The position numbers were made by a program, and so were the translations under genes. A DNA stretch of 64,000 bases from Hypanus sabinus (taxonomy: Eukaryota). The stretch is taken from assembly GCF_030144855.1 (NCBI RefSeq), contig NC_082720.1:22816001-22880000 (forward strand), written 5' to 3'. The notes beneath the pieces were generated by a model. The model had not been told where the DNA came from. It did not search any database and worked only from the letters and a program-made list of their open reading frames with translations. Positions 1 to 13,737 of the stretch are shown piece after piece. Positions within the stretch are counted from its first letter, which is position 1; every line of letters begins with the position of its first letter.

Positions 1-1158
1 AACTACAGTCCTAATAATGTGTCCATAGAACTGGAGTAAAGGAACATTACCTGTAGTCATCTCTGGGAACGTAATTCATTGATAAATCAAAGACTGCATA
101 TGAAAATTACAGAAAATTGTGTTTCTTCAATTGGGAGGATAGACCATGTGCCTTTTTGATTTTCATTTCTCTTCCCAGTTCTAATGCTGAGACTTTTGAA
201 CTTAACATTTATAAAATTGGAGGAAAAATTGAATTGCTTCCTCATAAAATTGATATCTAGGTCAGTGCAGTCTTCCTGATTTGAATTTGGAAGGCATTCA
301 AAACAGGAAAGTTTTCAAAACATTCAAAAACAGGAAGACAAAAATGGGAATCTGATTTGAATGTTAAAATTGATGGAAAAAACTGGTCAAGATTATGTTT
401 GGATAGTATGAGAAATACAATAAATGTTCGACTTAGATTAATACAATGTAATTTTTTACATCAATTATATATAACACCACAGAAAATAAATAGATTAAAT
501 TCAAATATATCTGACCAATGTTTTCGATGTAATCAAGAAATTGGTACTTTTTTACATTCTACTTGGTCTTGTTTTAAAATTCAGCCATTTTGGTTAAATT
601 TAAGACTTTTATTGGAACAAATTATTGGAGTACAACTCCCACATAGTCCTTTATTATTTTTATTAGGGAAGGAACAATAACGAAACTTAAATTGAATAAG
701 TATCAGAAAAAATTCATAAAAATTGCATTGGCAGTAGCCAAAAAAGTTATCGCAGTTACCTTGAAATCTTATCTATATTTAACTATGGATCGTTGGAATA
801 ATGAAATACATAGTTGTATTTCACTCGAAAAAATTACGTATAATCTAAGAAATGAATATGATATATTTTTGAAAATTTGGATTCCATACTTACAAAAAAT
901 AGGATTAAATACATAGGTCCTTTGAAGATAAAATTATAGTAATTGGGGAAAGTAAAAATAAATATCAAAATTATTTTGAACTCCATGGAGCATGTGGGGA
1001 TCCTCCGATATCCAGGCAATCTTTCTCTTCTTTCCTTTTTTTTTCTTTCTTTAGATAAGGGTTAAGGGGGGGAGGGTCAATATTATTTTTCTTACTACTT
1101 TATTACCACATTTATTCTTTGTAATTTCTAAAATTTAATAAATAAATAATATTAAAAA
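1..1158 (+). mobile_element. L1/Tx1-clade LINE, 3' end of ORF2 plus 3' UTR and A-rich tail
   Basis: ORFs 357-680 and 692-916 encode the L1 ORF2 C-terminal Cys/His motif (CFRC...FLHSTWSC) followed by a typical tail segment; ends in aataaataaataatattaaaaaaa. 5' boundary uncertain. Confidence 0.85.
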
Positions 1159-1419
1159 AACGGAAAGTTTATGGGGAAATTGCTGAGGACATTTGAAATT
1201 GGCTTGAAGGAAAATAATCAGATTTTTGTATGTCTTAATTTAGCTAGCTAAATTTTTGACAGCAATAGATGAAAGCTCGTACAATGCTACATGGAAAATG
1301 GCTCAAGGCAGTTAATTGAGTGCAGGCAACTGCATTGGTGCTTATTTTAAACACTACCGGGTAGTGGTGATCTGCCCATTGTAGGAGGTGCATTGTTGCA
1401 ATGGAAGCCTTATTTCAGC

Positions 1420-2084
1420 TGTAACCCCCTGGGTCGCCTCAGGCTCGCTCAGCTCGTTTCGTCTAGGGGGAGCAGCCTTCGGCCCCGCCAAACTGGGTAA
1501 TCAGCTGGTGTGGATGCTGTGTGATGTCCCCGCCTCGCCCAAAAACAGACAGTACACCATATGCGATTAAATGAGTACAATTTATAAAGGTTACTATAAC
1601 TAAGTGATTAATAACGATACAGTATATATGAAGAGAAAATTAAAGAAAAGGCGCCAAACTTATCAAAGTCCAAACCACTTCGTGCACAACCGTTGGAGCT
1701 CAATTTCTGAAGTCTTCTGGCCACCATTCGATCCCCTCCGAACTCCTCGACTCGCAGCTCAGGACCCTCCAAACTCCTCGACTCTCCAAACAGCTCAGGA
1801 CCCTCCGAGTGGTCAACCAAGCACATCTAGCTTCATCCCCCCCCCTCCTCGGAGAATCTCCCGGCCTCGGACCCCCCTTTGGGGTCCGATCCTCGCCCAG
1901 CTTAGAGCATTGCGTCCTCTCTCTCGACCCCCTCGCGCCGATCTGCCCAAAAGCCCGTCAACAAAAGCTTACAGACTCAGAAGAAAGAACATTAATCCCC
2001 ATTTGGTTTACAAAGGAATACCATTCTCGTTATCAGTAAATTAGCATTCCTGCTAGTTAACAAAAAGAAGAAACCCTCTTTACA
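1420..2084. mobile_element. LTR-like element (probable solo LTR)
   Basis: Starts TGTAAC and ends TTTACA; CpG-richer than flanks; internal duplicated motif cagctcaggaccctcc. No TSD found. Confidence 0.45.
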
Positions 2085-3437
2085 CAACATTTTTGATCCT
2101 GTTCAAATTTTTCTTTTTTCTCAATGACACCATACAAGCTCTGAAATACATAGCTTTTATCTTCACAATAGCCTTTTTTAAAAAATAAAAAACGTTTTGA
2201 CACCAAACCAATACTGGCAGTCTTGTTGAAGTACAAACTTGAGACCATAAGATCTATGACAGAAAGTTGCAGTACTGATGTCACATAACATGGTCTGAAA
2301 ATCTGTTGCCTCTATAGTGGTTGGAAATAAGAGTAACTGCAGAGCTGCAGGCTCTTTAAAATGAAAAGTTAGATTTATATTTTGGCTGTAGGTTGAATGT
2401 AGAGCTTGATCACCAATCAATTGCAAACCTTTGCTGACTCCGAACAGCAAATTAACTACACAAAGATCAGGCTCTTTGATCATGAGCCCAGTGATACTGT
2501 ATTCAACCCAAGTACAACCAACAATTAGGTACGCAGAAGATGATCTCCTTGGTTATTTCTATTATATACACTGCTGCAACTAAATTGATTCTTTCTCCTC
2601 TGGTAATTATTTTCTATTCCTTGAATTGCTGCCACATCCTAGCTAAGAATAAGATTATAATTGCCAGAAAGAAAACAAATGATTTGGCCATGTGGTATCT
2701 TCATGGTGCATAAGTATTAATGGTTGAACTGATGGTGATAACCATCTGGTTGGTTTCTTCTATAAATCACGGAGTAGACCACATTGTGCAGTATATTATA
2801 CTGTATGTTAAAGACTTCCTACTGCGCCACCATATTGGAGTGTGTAGTGGTGACAAGATACAAAACTGTAGTGGCTGACCCACTTTCATATCATGATCAA
2901 TTTCAAGCTTGAATGGTAATTGATCATTTATGATAAACTTTATATATGTGTTTAGAACCATATTGTAAATATCCTGTGTATAGTGGTGTCGGTGCAGATG
3001 ATGCTAATGCACATCTGCACATTGCAGAATGACAAAATGACATTATATTCAAGTGTTTTTATCTCCTTCAGTCATTCTTAGTACAGTAAATTGGCTATAA
3101 TTGTTGTAAAGCGCATTTTACGTGAAGATTTTAATAAAGTCCTCACAATGTGATGGAAACTGAATGAGAACTTTTCTGTTGTGTATTAGTGAGTGTAGCT
3201 GGATTTGCAGTGGAACATATGATTCATGTTGCATCCTTGTAACAGGTTACTCTTGTTGCATCTCCATAATGTATGAGCCAACAGAGCAGCAGTCTCTTCC
3301 CATGAAGTGGCATTATATATTGTAGTATTTGCTTTATTTGTTTTGTTTTTATACGGTCAGCTTAGCCTATGTCCTGTTTTTACTTGTCCTGTTTATACTG
3401 TCTTTAAATTCTGTTTTTCTTTAGAAGAAAAAAAGTA

Positions 3438-3760
3438 CAGTAAATTCTGGTTAATTGGGACATGTCAGGAAAAGTACATTTTGGTCCAATTAAGTGGCAG
3501 TCCTGATTAGCCAGTTTCATGGAAATAGTTTAAAAAAAACTATTTTAAAAAAGACAAACTACCATTAAGTGAGTTAAAAATTATGTATTTGCCTGAAATA
3601 CAGAACAATTTAGAACACAACCAATACAGTGCTATAAAACTGTTCATCAGTTCCTACTAGTTATCGACAAGAATTAAACCAGAATATGTTGCCGTCTTCT
3701 TTTGATTGACTGTAAGTGAACAAAATTAGTGCAGATAATGGCCTGCCTTCATATAATGCT
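3438..3760. mobile_element. Truncated Tc1/mariner (pogo/Tigger-like) MITE
   Basis: Begins ta-CAGTAAATTCTGGTTAATTGG, matching the TIR of the 3984-4615 copy; internal similarity to it. Confidence 0.65.
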
Positions 3761-3983
3761 TTAGACGATTACATCCTCCATATCTTAATTTTCATTGTGA
3801 CATTTAATTTTAATTCTTCATAGTTCCCAAATTTTTGAAGTTGTTAAATTGGTAACTGATTAAGTCACCCTCTTAAATTTTCATCATATGTTAATTTCTA
3901 ATTTAATTTTGAAGATAATTGTTAAATTTTTACTTGATAAAATTTATATATTTTTCCATTTTAATGACTGCTGGCTGGAAATA

Positions 3984-4615
3984 CAGTTGATTCCAGTTTA
4001 TTGGAACACATTGGGACCAGTACATCTTGTCACTGAGTAACAAATTATGTATATAAGTAAAATACAGAACACTTTAGAACACTAACAATCCTGCTATGGT
4101 ACTATAAAAGTTCATAATAGTTATGGGCAGTCAAAATAATCCAGTGTATGCTGCCATGTTCTTTTAATTGACTGTAAATGAAAAAATCAGCACAGGCTCC
4201 TAGTACAGATAATGTACTGCCTTCATACAATGCATTCAACAATTGCAAGCTCCAAATCTTCATTTTCATTGTAACATTCAAGATGACTTTTGATAACTTC
4301 GGATGTTTGAAACCACAATGAGCAAAACAGTTCCAAGTTGTCTTACTGCCTATTTCTTGCCAACTATCAGTGACAAATTCAGCTTAAAATCTTTTTGCTC
4401 AAAACACTTTGTTATGTCGAATGGTCATGCAAGTGCATGTGACTGACACTAGTTAGAAACTGCTCAGCAGCAATCTCCTGTCCTAATTAAGTGGTATTGT
4501 GTCTCAAATAAACAAAGGAAATCCCAGCTATTTTCTCAATATTTGTTCTTTAAGTATTGTTCCAAATAAGAGGCTGCCCTGATTAACCAGTGGTTCAATT
4601 AACCAGAATCCACTG
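3984..4615. mobile_element. Non-autonomous Tc1/mariner (pogo/Tigger-like) DNA element
   Basis: Terminal inverted repeats CAGTTGATTCCAGTTTATTG / CAATTAACCAGAATCCACTG flanked by TA on both sides; no coding capacity. Confidence 0.75.
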
Positions 4616-7600
4616 TACTTGTGCTGTTTGTAATGGATGCTGCGATGATATGAATTTTGCCTGAATCTGATAACCATCTCCAGAACTCTCAGCAAGATTT
4701 AAATTGGAACACATTTCATATTGTATGTTGGACTAAGCCCTCTGGAAGAAATGTTTTTTGAACAATTTGAAATAGGTGTATAATTGTAGGACAAAGTAAT
4801 TTATGGTATGAAAATCCATAGTGTGTGGCATGCTTCTTCTCACACCTGGGAAAGTGATGCCCGTCTACTGACATTTTTTCATATATACATCACAATGTTA
4901 AGCAATGTGTTTGAAGTAGCCCAGTGCAGTTTCCAAAATGTGACATATTATTACTTTAAAAACTTGCATTTGGTTGTTTAATTTGTATCTGTAAGGTTTT
5001 TGCTCCATTGTATGTATCTTTATTTTGTATTGTAACAAGAACATTTTTATGACTTCAAACCAAAAATTGTTAGTTTTATATGATTTTCTGGCAACAGCCA
5101 GCCTGAATTTAAAGATAGTGGTGTAAGCCCATGCTCTGACTGTTAATTCTGAAAAGAATATAGGTTTCTATTATGCCAGCTAAGACTTTTTCATATCCTT
5201 TTTTAAATTATGTACTGTGAATTGTCTTTCATTTGAAAGATAAATACAATGTCTTGATGAAGGTATGTGTGTGTATTTTCTCAGATGTTTGTTCTGCACG
5301 CACTTGTAGGTCTAGAAAGACACAAGAGCTATTGGTAGGATTTGACAGGAAGTGACATCCGTCAAACACATCTTTTTAACAAATTCACCAACACAGAATT
5401 TGCTTGTCAGAAATTTCAGTATTTAGCCATGAGAGTAACCCGGTAGTGCAGAATTGCTTATTCAGGCAGAAAATTACGTGGAGTAAAAACTTTTGTATGT
5501 CGTGGATCCACTTAAAACCTTTAAGAAGTGTTAATGTGAGATTTGGAAATACTTCTTTGCATTACATACCAATTTATTGTTTTATGTTCCTGAGAAACGA
5601 GTTGGACACAGTTGACAACAACTTGTAACAAAGAGTCCGCTTTCTCCCACTCAGAGCAGCAGTGTTTGATAGAATACCTCCTGAACTGTACTCTCCATAA
5701 TTGAAAAAATTCTTTCTGGAGTAGCAAGGAAGTACAGTATAACAAGTATCTTTTTTCTAGTTCGATGGTGCTAAGTATAAGAAGGATCAAAATGTCTTTA
5801 AATTTCTGAGAATCATCTCCATAACAAATCAGCTTCAGGAAATGAAAATTAAAAAAAGAGTTTTCTATTGGAATTTGAATCTAAGCTAGAATAATTTTAT
5901 GCCCAAGTTAAACAAACTTGTGTCTTTATGATCTTGGTGATTTGAATGATCTGAATTACTGGATGAATGGACCTGAAAGCTAAATTGTCACATTGATTAA
6001 AATTAGATGCTTCATCTTTTAGCCAGTTTGGTAACAAGGATGAAGAAAAGTCTTTTCTGGTTATGATATGGCCATTTCTCTGCAGGGTTTGTGAAGTTGC
6101 ATTGAGCAACGTGTAGAATTTTTTTTGAGCATTCCTATCTTAATTTAGATCCAGTGTTTAAGATTTCATAACCTTAACAACATTTTATGAATTTTTTTCA
6201 ATATTAATTTGACTCCTTAGACTTAATTACAGATGAACTCTTTGGATGTAGATGTATAAATACTGATTTATGATCCTAATGTAACTCAGTTAATCAAAAA
6301 TGAAGTCCGATTGAGGCAATATATGCACACAGGTAGGTGTAATGCATAATTTAAGGAATTAAGATGATGCTTTCCGTATGTGACAGTTACAGCTGAAGAA
6401 TGAGATAATGCTGTACCCAGAGCAATTACAGGTTAAATTCCAGCCAATTTAAAAATTTATTTCCTCAGCTAAAAATCTATTTGGTACAATATTTAAATTT
6501 ACTGTGAGAAATACAATGAACGATGCTGCATGCTGCTGTAAATACAATGTCAAGAAACAGGGTAAATTTAATTAGCAACAAACATTTAAAGAAAACATTG
6601 TTCACAGTATTGTATTAACAAAGGAGGAATGCAAAATTCTCACCACGATTCTGGATGTGAGTAAAGTCAACCTTTGTGCAACTAAGACTTATAGACTGGG
6701 AAAGATACTGATGGGTAAAATCATATTAGTGATGGCCTGAAATTTCAGTGATAAAGAATCAGTTATAATGCAGTGGGAAAGGGACATGAGCTTCAAATCC
6801 CAAACTGAAAAGATGAGGGACAAGGTAAAAGGCAAATATAAAGGAAGCAAAATGATAAAAACGGTGCATATTAGTGGAAGAGATACAAAGTCTGGCAAAA
6901 GATGAAATGCAGAGCCTATAACTAATAAAAGGCATCATTGAACTTAATGAGAACTGTAAATCAGAGAACCTGCGGATTTAAGCTGAGTTGTGCACATAGA
7001 TTGAATCTAATTATATCTTCTGAAGTGAGTTGAAGCAGCAATTAGGGGAATGTCATATTACTGAAGTAGAATTCAATAAATCACTTGAGAAGTTTGTCAT
7101 AATCGAACACTAGTTAAAGTTGATGTTCCCAGAAATGAGGCAATGATTTACCTGTCTGTGAATGAGGTCAGGCAGAAGATTATAAGGATCGTGGGCAGGT
7201 TCTTGTGGTCAGATGTGACTAGTTTGTGCTGCATTGGTCTGTGTTGAAGTTGTATTTACAAGAGATTTGGATGCTGGAATAGGATCCACTTTAATATTCC
7301 AGAAAGGTAGGTAGCTTTGTAAATTAAATGTAAATAGAGTAGTTGACAGTTGCAGTAAGTAGACAAAAATGCAAATAGTTCTAAGATAGACAAACATATC
7401 TACCATGCAAGTAAAATGGATAGAGCAAAGACCTCAGTAAATGGCAAAAGGCTAGAAGAAATGGCAGATATCATTCAAAATTAATACAGCTAATGGAACG
7501 TTGGCCTGTACTAGTCTACTAGGGAATATGAATTATGATATCTGTCTATGCAAAGCTCTGGTCAGACATTGCCAGCAGTAATGTGAGCATTTCTGAGCAC

Positions 7601-7865
7601 CTCTGGAGAAAGCGCATTGTAGATTACCAGAATTAAATTTGGAGTCCAAGGGTTAAGTTACAAGAAGGGAAATAGAATTTGGGCTGTAATCAAGAAATCT
7701 TAAAACTTAAGGAGCAATTTGAAGATTTTTAGGAGAATAAGGACAGAAAGCCAGAATTCCTCTTGCTATAGATTTTAGGTAACTTCAAAAAAAAATTAAG
7801 TAACTTGTTTTGGAAGCTTAAGCAAATATTGAATGTGGTAGCAAATTCTGCAGCTGAAGCAAACA

Positions 7866-7975
7866 TTCTGAGTACTGATGAAGGCTATTGGCCTAATATG
7901 TTGACTGTTTACTCGTTCACAGATGCTGCCTGGCCTGCTGAGTTCCTCCAGAGTTTGGTGTGTATTGTTGAGTGC
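7866..7975 (+). mobile_element. Penelope-type terminal repeat fragment with degenerate hammerhead motif
   Basis: ctgatgaagg...gatgctgcctggcctgctgagttcctccag is shared with the ends of the GIY-YIG elements in this window. Confidence 0.7.
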
Positions 7976-8722
7976 GGTAGGAATTTGTAACTCTTCTTTA
8001 GATGGTAATTAATATCAGGCCAATTTAAGTTGGGGATTCATGTTGAATAAGATCCATGTGAATATTTTCACAGTATGTAGAAAAAGTAGGTAGGTAAAAT
8101 TTGCAGTACTGTTCCATATTTGTCACTAACTGAATTTAAAAAGTGACGGCATGCTTCATCGGATCACAATGATCTTTGTGTTGATACTTCTTCAATCATA
8201 TTAGTTGAGAGAATTCCAGAGTGTTGATTCAGCAGTGATGAAGGAATAGAGTTTTGTGCAGTTTATTTTAAACTGTAAGATATATCAGTTGTTTCATTTC
8301 ACAGAATCAGTTAGTGCATCAAAAGTGATTAAAAACAGAGCAGGTTGATGTCAACGTAGTGCGGAAAGCTTTGTTCTGGATAATATCACCAAGAAGCATG
8401 GAGAAATGAAGAAAGAAGAAGAAAAAATCTCTGAGGAAATTCAAATTAATGGTGCAGAAAGGAAAGAGAAGGTACTGCAAGAAAGACTCAGATTACAATT
8501 GGATTGTTGAATGAAAGTAACCCAGTGAATTAGATATAGCAAGAAAGTTGAAGAATTATGGCATAATTGTAGGTTGTTTATTTAGTGACCTAAATTAATG
8601 TATGAAAATGATAGCCAGGAAATGATGGCATTCATAATTCAAGGCAGCAGATAGTGAAATAATTTACAAGTACAGATTGATTAAAGATGTCTTTGAGGAG
8701 ATGGGGAATGAAGGTATCTTCT

Positions 8723-9180
8723 CCGTGGATCATCACCTTGTCATGGTGGAGAAGCTTGTGTGGTCCTGAGATCCTGAGAGTGATGCTGTCTGGAAGTATG
8801 CCCCTGGTAGGGTCACCCATGGCAGTAAGGTCGAGGGTGAAGTCACTGACAAAGAACAATCCAACCAAGACCTCAATGGTGGAACAGGCAGGCTCAACAC
8901 TGTGCAGGCAGATGAAGGCTGCAACAAATCCATCAGTTCCAATCATTGTGGTTTCCATGCCATTGGAATCAGTTGGTTGATTTGTGAAGTTCCGTGTGCT
9001 TCTTGTAGTGCAACATCAAGAACACGTTAAACAAATACACGCACAGGCACCTTCGTTTTGTGGGCTTGAACTTCCAAAGCCAAGACTGGTGTCATAAGCC
9101 ACTTGAGAGCCGATAACTAGATCAAAGGAAGGAAGACCATCATCCTCGACCGCGACGGATAGCCTTGACGACGATGAATG
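8723..9180 (+). mobile_element. RTE-clade (Expander/BovB-like) internally deleted non-autonomous element
   Basis: 5' segment caccttgtcatggtggag...cccctggtagggtcacccatggc and 3' end catcctcgacc..gacggatagcc..gacgacga resemble RTE termini, recognised from memory; no ORF between them. Confidence 0.55.
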
Positions 9181-10944
9181 AAGGTAGGTTTCAAATAGAG
9201 ATTGCTGGAGTTTGAAAGGAGATACAGGAGACTGGATGCTGGAACAGCAGTCAGCTGGAGGAACTCCACCAGGCCGAGCAGCATCTGTTGTGCGGGTGCA
9301 GTGGTAAGGGAAAGATTGTCTGTTTCAGGTCCAAACCCTGCATTAGGAATTTAAAGGGGAATGATTTTAAATCATCTCGTATCGGAGAGTTGTCTTACAA
9401 TCATCCCTTTTCAGCCAGACACACCTTGATTAAGTGACAGAGTGCTGGTTAGCAGTGTTGGAGTAACAAACTGTTTTTGCACTGATAGAGTGAAACACTA
9501 AGCTCTAATTCAGTGTGGTGAAAGAATATTAGCCTTAATATATTTTTACATATTTTTAGGTGATGCAAATAATTATAGATAGTCTAATTTGAAATTGTAT
9601 AGTTCTTTAGCTATTAACTTACATATAGAATGCATCAAATGCCTTCCCAGTATTGAACAAATTAGAATTTTCAGGGATGTATTCTGAAGTGGAGACCATT
9701 TAGACTTGAATTGAGGTATCTGAATGACACCTCATAAAAAAAAACTGTAAGATGCTGATGGAACGGAGCAGCAATCCATGGGGCTGTTTACATCGTCAGA
9801 GCAGAGGAAGCTGTATCTTAAACCTTCTAAGAAGCAAAGTTATGTATAACATCAGAGAAAGTGGCACAAAAACAAAATATTCCAGATGCTGATGACTATA
9901 AATGGAACAAGAAAACTGAAGGTAGTACTTCAAGTCAATAGCCTTTCAACAGAACCAATGTATGGAATAGACTGACAAATAGAACATTAGAATGAAAGCT
10001 CTAAAATCACAAATTCAATACTGTCTTAAGAAGATCCAGAGAGAAGTTGAAACCCCTTTGTCACAGTAATACTGTCTGTCAGCAACATAATGCATCAACA
10101 AGGCATACCATTATTCTAGCAGTGTTTGTTCAGAAATTTGTGGCATGGGTGTCTGGCATTATTTGTCATATTACACCATGACTTCCTGGGTCTTCAGTAG
10201 CACTTTGCCAATGGCCCCTGTTGAAAGCAGCTGCAACATAAATATCAAATTTTCACTCCCTTTAAGATCAGCGGTGATCACAAATTTGCTGCAAATGGTG
10301 TAATGGCAATTGGAGCAGAAATTAGAATGGCTCATGGCTTTCAATATTAGCCTATGAAACAGCAACTTCCAGGAATGGCAGTGACATTTAAACTTGCATA
10401 ATTATAAGTTGCTGAACTTGGTGCCCTGTCCAACTTAAGTAAGAATTAAATCTGTGAACAATTTACTATTCACATTCATGGAATGATATGAAGTTGCTAA
10501 TTCTCATGATGAATGAAAGCTTATGAGTGTGAACCATCTTAATTAAAAATAAGTCAGACAGTCTCATTCTTTCAGATGTCAAATGTTATTGACAGTTTTA
10601 TAGTATGTATTGATTTTAAAACTATGACTTGATCTGTTCCTTTTCCTTCTATTTGTACTTTGCTTTTTTGTACATGATTTGATACAGTTAAGTACTTGCT
10701 CATGTCCTGATTCATGCTGTTTTTCCTCATTATCAGTATTGAGGCACAGAAAAATGTTTTAGGAAGGCTGCACTTTTAACAGTGTCTGGGAGGAATTACC
10801 TGTTTGGCCCATGGGCAAGTTCAGAAGATTAGGCAGTGGCAGATTGTATTTAAGGAAGTATTCATTTTCTTTGGGTATGCTATTCTCCTTATGTATCAAC
10901 TGCAGGTCGTTTATTTACTGAAAAGTATTGCCTGGAAACTTGAC

Positions 10945-11370
10945 AAAACGATTTCAGGTTTATTTGTTACATGTACATTAAAACATACAGTGATATGTGT
11001 CATTTGCATTAACAACCAACACACCTGAGGATGTGCTGGGACAGTCTGTAAGTGTCGCCAAATTTCTGGGGCCAACACAGTATGTCCACAATGTTGGCAG
11101 AACCACAGAACAGAACAAGCAAAAACAGCCCATTCCTCCTTCCCACCCACGCACATACAGAATCTTTTAACCCCAGGACTGGCCTACAGAGGCCACAGTC
11201 TTTGCAAACACTGGGTTTTGAACCTCCCTGTGGACTCACAAAGATTCTCAGGTTCAGCTCCGGATAATGGGCCTCAACATCTGGACTTCCAATTCCTCTT
11301 CAGGCCTCAGTCCTCAACATTAATCCTGACACATGCTGATCACCGAACACTTGGCCTCAAATCATCTTTA
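10945..11370 (-). mobile_element. Non-autonomous retroposon (SINE-like) with LINE-type tail
   Basis: Reverse complement shares ttgttctgt...aacattgtgg and the tail catgtaacaaataaacctgaa with copies near 14.7-15.1 kb and 49.2 kb. Confidence 0.55.
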
Positions 11371-11904
11371 TCTTAATTGAAAACTAACTTTACAGATACA
11401 TTTGGAATCAGAATCAGGCTTATTATCACTGATATATTTTGAAATTTGTTGTTTTGAGTAAGGCATAAAATTATTATAAAGTACAAAACCTGCAAAAAAA
11501 TGAATAATGAGGGAGAGTCCATGGACCATTCATAAGTCCGTTGGTGGAAGGGAAGAATCTGTTCTTAAAACATTGAATGAGGGTCTTCAGTTTCCTGTAC
11601 CACTCCCCATCCCCACCAACAATGGTAATAATGTGAAATACCTGTTTTTAAATTGATCAGAGCTTTTATTTACACTGAATAATGAGCAAACAAAGTTAAA
11701 CAGAAATTTTCAGAAACACTCTGCATGTCAGGTGGTTTCTGTGGCAAGGGAAACACAGTTTTTGAAGTTTTAGATCACAGACTCTTTAGATTCTGCCTGA
11801 CCTGGTGAGCATTTCCAGCATTTTCTGTGTTTATTTCAGCTTTCTAGCAATTGCAGTAATTTTTAAATTTCCTGTTCTGTGGTAATTTAAAAACCCACAC
11901 AAGC

Positions 11905-12770
11905 TCCCTACCTGACTCCCTTGTCCACTCGTCCCTCCCTACTGATCTCCCTCCTGGTCTTATCCTTGTAAGCAGAGCAAGTATCACACCTGCCCCTACA
12001 ACTCCCCCCTCACTACCATTCAGGGCCCCAAACAGTCCTTCCAGATGAGGTGACACATCACCTGCTAGTCTGTTGGGGTCATCTACTGTATCTGGTGCTC
12101 CTGTATATCGGTGAGACGCGACATAGATTGGGAGACTGCTTTGCTGAGCACCTACCAGGAATATTGGGATCTCTTGGTGGCCACTTATTTCAATTCTACT
12201 TCCCATTCCCATTCCGACATGTCAGTCCATGCCTCCACTACTGCCATGATGAGGCCACACTCAGGTTGGAGGAGTAATATCTTGTACTCCGTCTGGGTAG
12301 ACTCTAACCTGATGGCATGAACATTAACTTCTTGAATTTCCATTAATTGGCACCATTGCCTCTCTTTCACCTTTCCTCATTCCTGTTTCCCTCTCTCACC
12401 TTATCTCTTTACCTGCCCATCACCTCCCTCTGGTGCTCCTCCCCCCTTCCCTTTCTTCCATGGTCTATCCTCTCCTATCAGATTCTCCCTTCTCCAGCCC
12501 TTTATCACTTTCACCAATCAACTTCCCAGCTCTTTATTTCACCCCTTCCCCATCTCACGATTTCACCTATCACCTGCCATTTTGTGCATCTTCCCCTTCC
12601 TCTGCCTCCTTACTCCAACTTCTCCCCTTCTTTTCCAGTCCTGATGAAATGTCTCGGCTCAAAAGGTTGGCTGTTTACTCTTTTCCTTAGATGCTGCCTG
12701 GCCTGCTGAGTTCCTCCAGCTTTTTGTGTGTATTGCTTTGAATTTCTAGCATCTGTGGATTTTCTCATGT
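11905..12770 (+). mobile_element. Penelope-like element, GIY-YIG endonuclease region and 3' terminal repeat
   Basis: Frames encode LYIGETRHRLGDCFAEHL and VATYFNSTSHSHSDMS...HDEATLRLEE, homologous to the 30114-30929 ORF. Confidence 0.9.
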
Positions 12771-13119
12771 TTTCAATTTGTTAGTCATTTATTTTGTAAC
12801 TTTTGATTAATTGCTATCTTCTGTTATCTCAGTTTGTCAGTAAATTTGCTATCAATGCACCTCTTGGATGACAGCTGACATTTTGGAACTGTTGTGCCCA
12901 ATCTCCACAATACTGTTGCTATTTGCAACTAAGGAATGAAATCACAGTCCACTAGAGGGAGTACTAATATAGAAATGGAAATTGTTTGGTTGAAAGAGGG
13001 TAATTGAATACTGTGTTGTTGAAGTACCAGTAAAGTTAAAAATATGCATTAAAATGTAATATACGTTGTGAGCACATTAACTCCAATTATGAATAGTTCA
13101 GTGCACTTAATTGTCTAAC

Positions 13120-13737
13120 TTAAGAGTCATAGAAAAGTACAGCTCAGAAACAGGTGATTCAGCCCATCTAGTCCATGCAGGACTACTTGTATTAATAGCT
13201 CACTCCACACTTTCATGACCCCCTAAGTGAAGACGTTTCCCCTTATGACCCCCTTAATCTTTCCACCTTTCATCTTTAACTCATAACCTCTAGTTGCAGA
13301 AAAACCTGCCAGCATTTATCTTCTCTATGCCCCTCATAATTTTGTAAACCTCTCTCAAATCTCCTCTCGATCTTTTATGTTCCAAGCAATAAAGTCTTAA
13401 CCTATTCAATCTTTCCATGTAATTCTGATCCTCGAGATCTGGCAATATCCGTAAATTTTCTCTGTTCGCTTTCAATCTTCTTTACATCTTTGCTGAAGGA
13501 CACTGACCAAAACTGCGTACAATACTCCAAATTAGGCCTCATCAATGTCTTGTACAATGTCAACATAACATCCCATCTCCTGTGTCAATACATTGATGTA
13601 TGAAGGCCAATGTGTCAAAAGCTTTCTTTACAGCCCTATCTACATGTGACACCACTTTCAATGAATGATGGACCCATAGTCCCATATCCCATTGTTCTAA
13701 TACTCTCATCAATGCCCTACCTTTCACCGTGTAAGAC
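13120..13737 (-). mobile_element. CR1-type LINE 3' fragment
   Basis: ORF 13290-13475 (ERLNRLRLYCLEHKRSRGDLREVYKIMRG) is the CR1 ORF2 C-terminus. Confidence 0.85.

Larger units (their letters stand above)
2198..8471 (+). pseudogene. Decayed multi-exon protein-coding gene of unknown identity (exon relics interrupted by MITEs)
   Basis: Exons 6233-6332 (ag|...|gtaggt, phase 0->1) and 8305-8471 (cacag|...|gtactg, phase 1->0) are phase-compatible, each with one in-frame stop. Further protein-like frames with scattered stops or frameshifts at about 2200-2525, 3080-3340, 4630-4920 and 5390-6120. Confidence 0.45.

Noticed and set aside
8340-8352. TGA-TGT read as selenocysteine-Cys
   Set aside because: No SECIS evidence, and the neighbouring exon carries a TAA, so ordinary decay is simpler.
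8723-8870. HDV-like ribozyme at the RTE 5' end
   Set aside because: Known for some RTEs, but I could not build the nested double pseudoknot by eye; needs a descriptor search.
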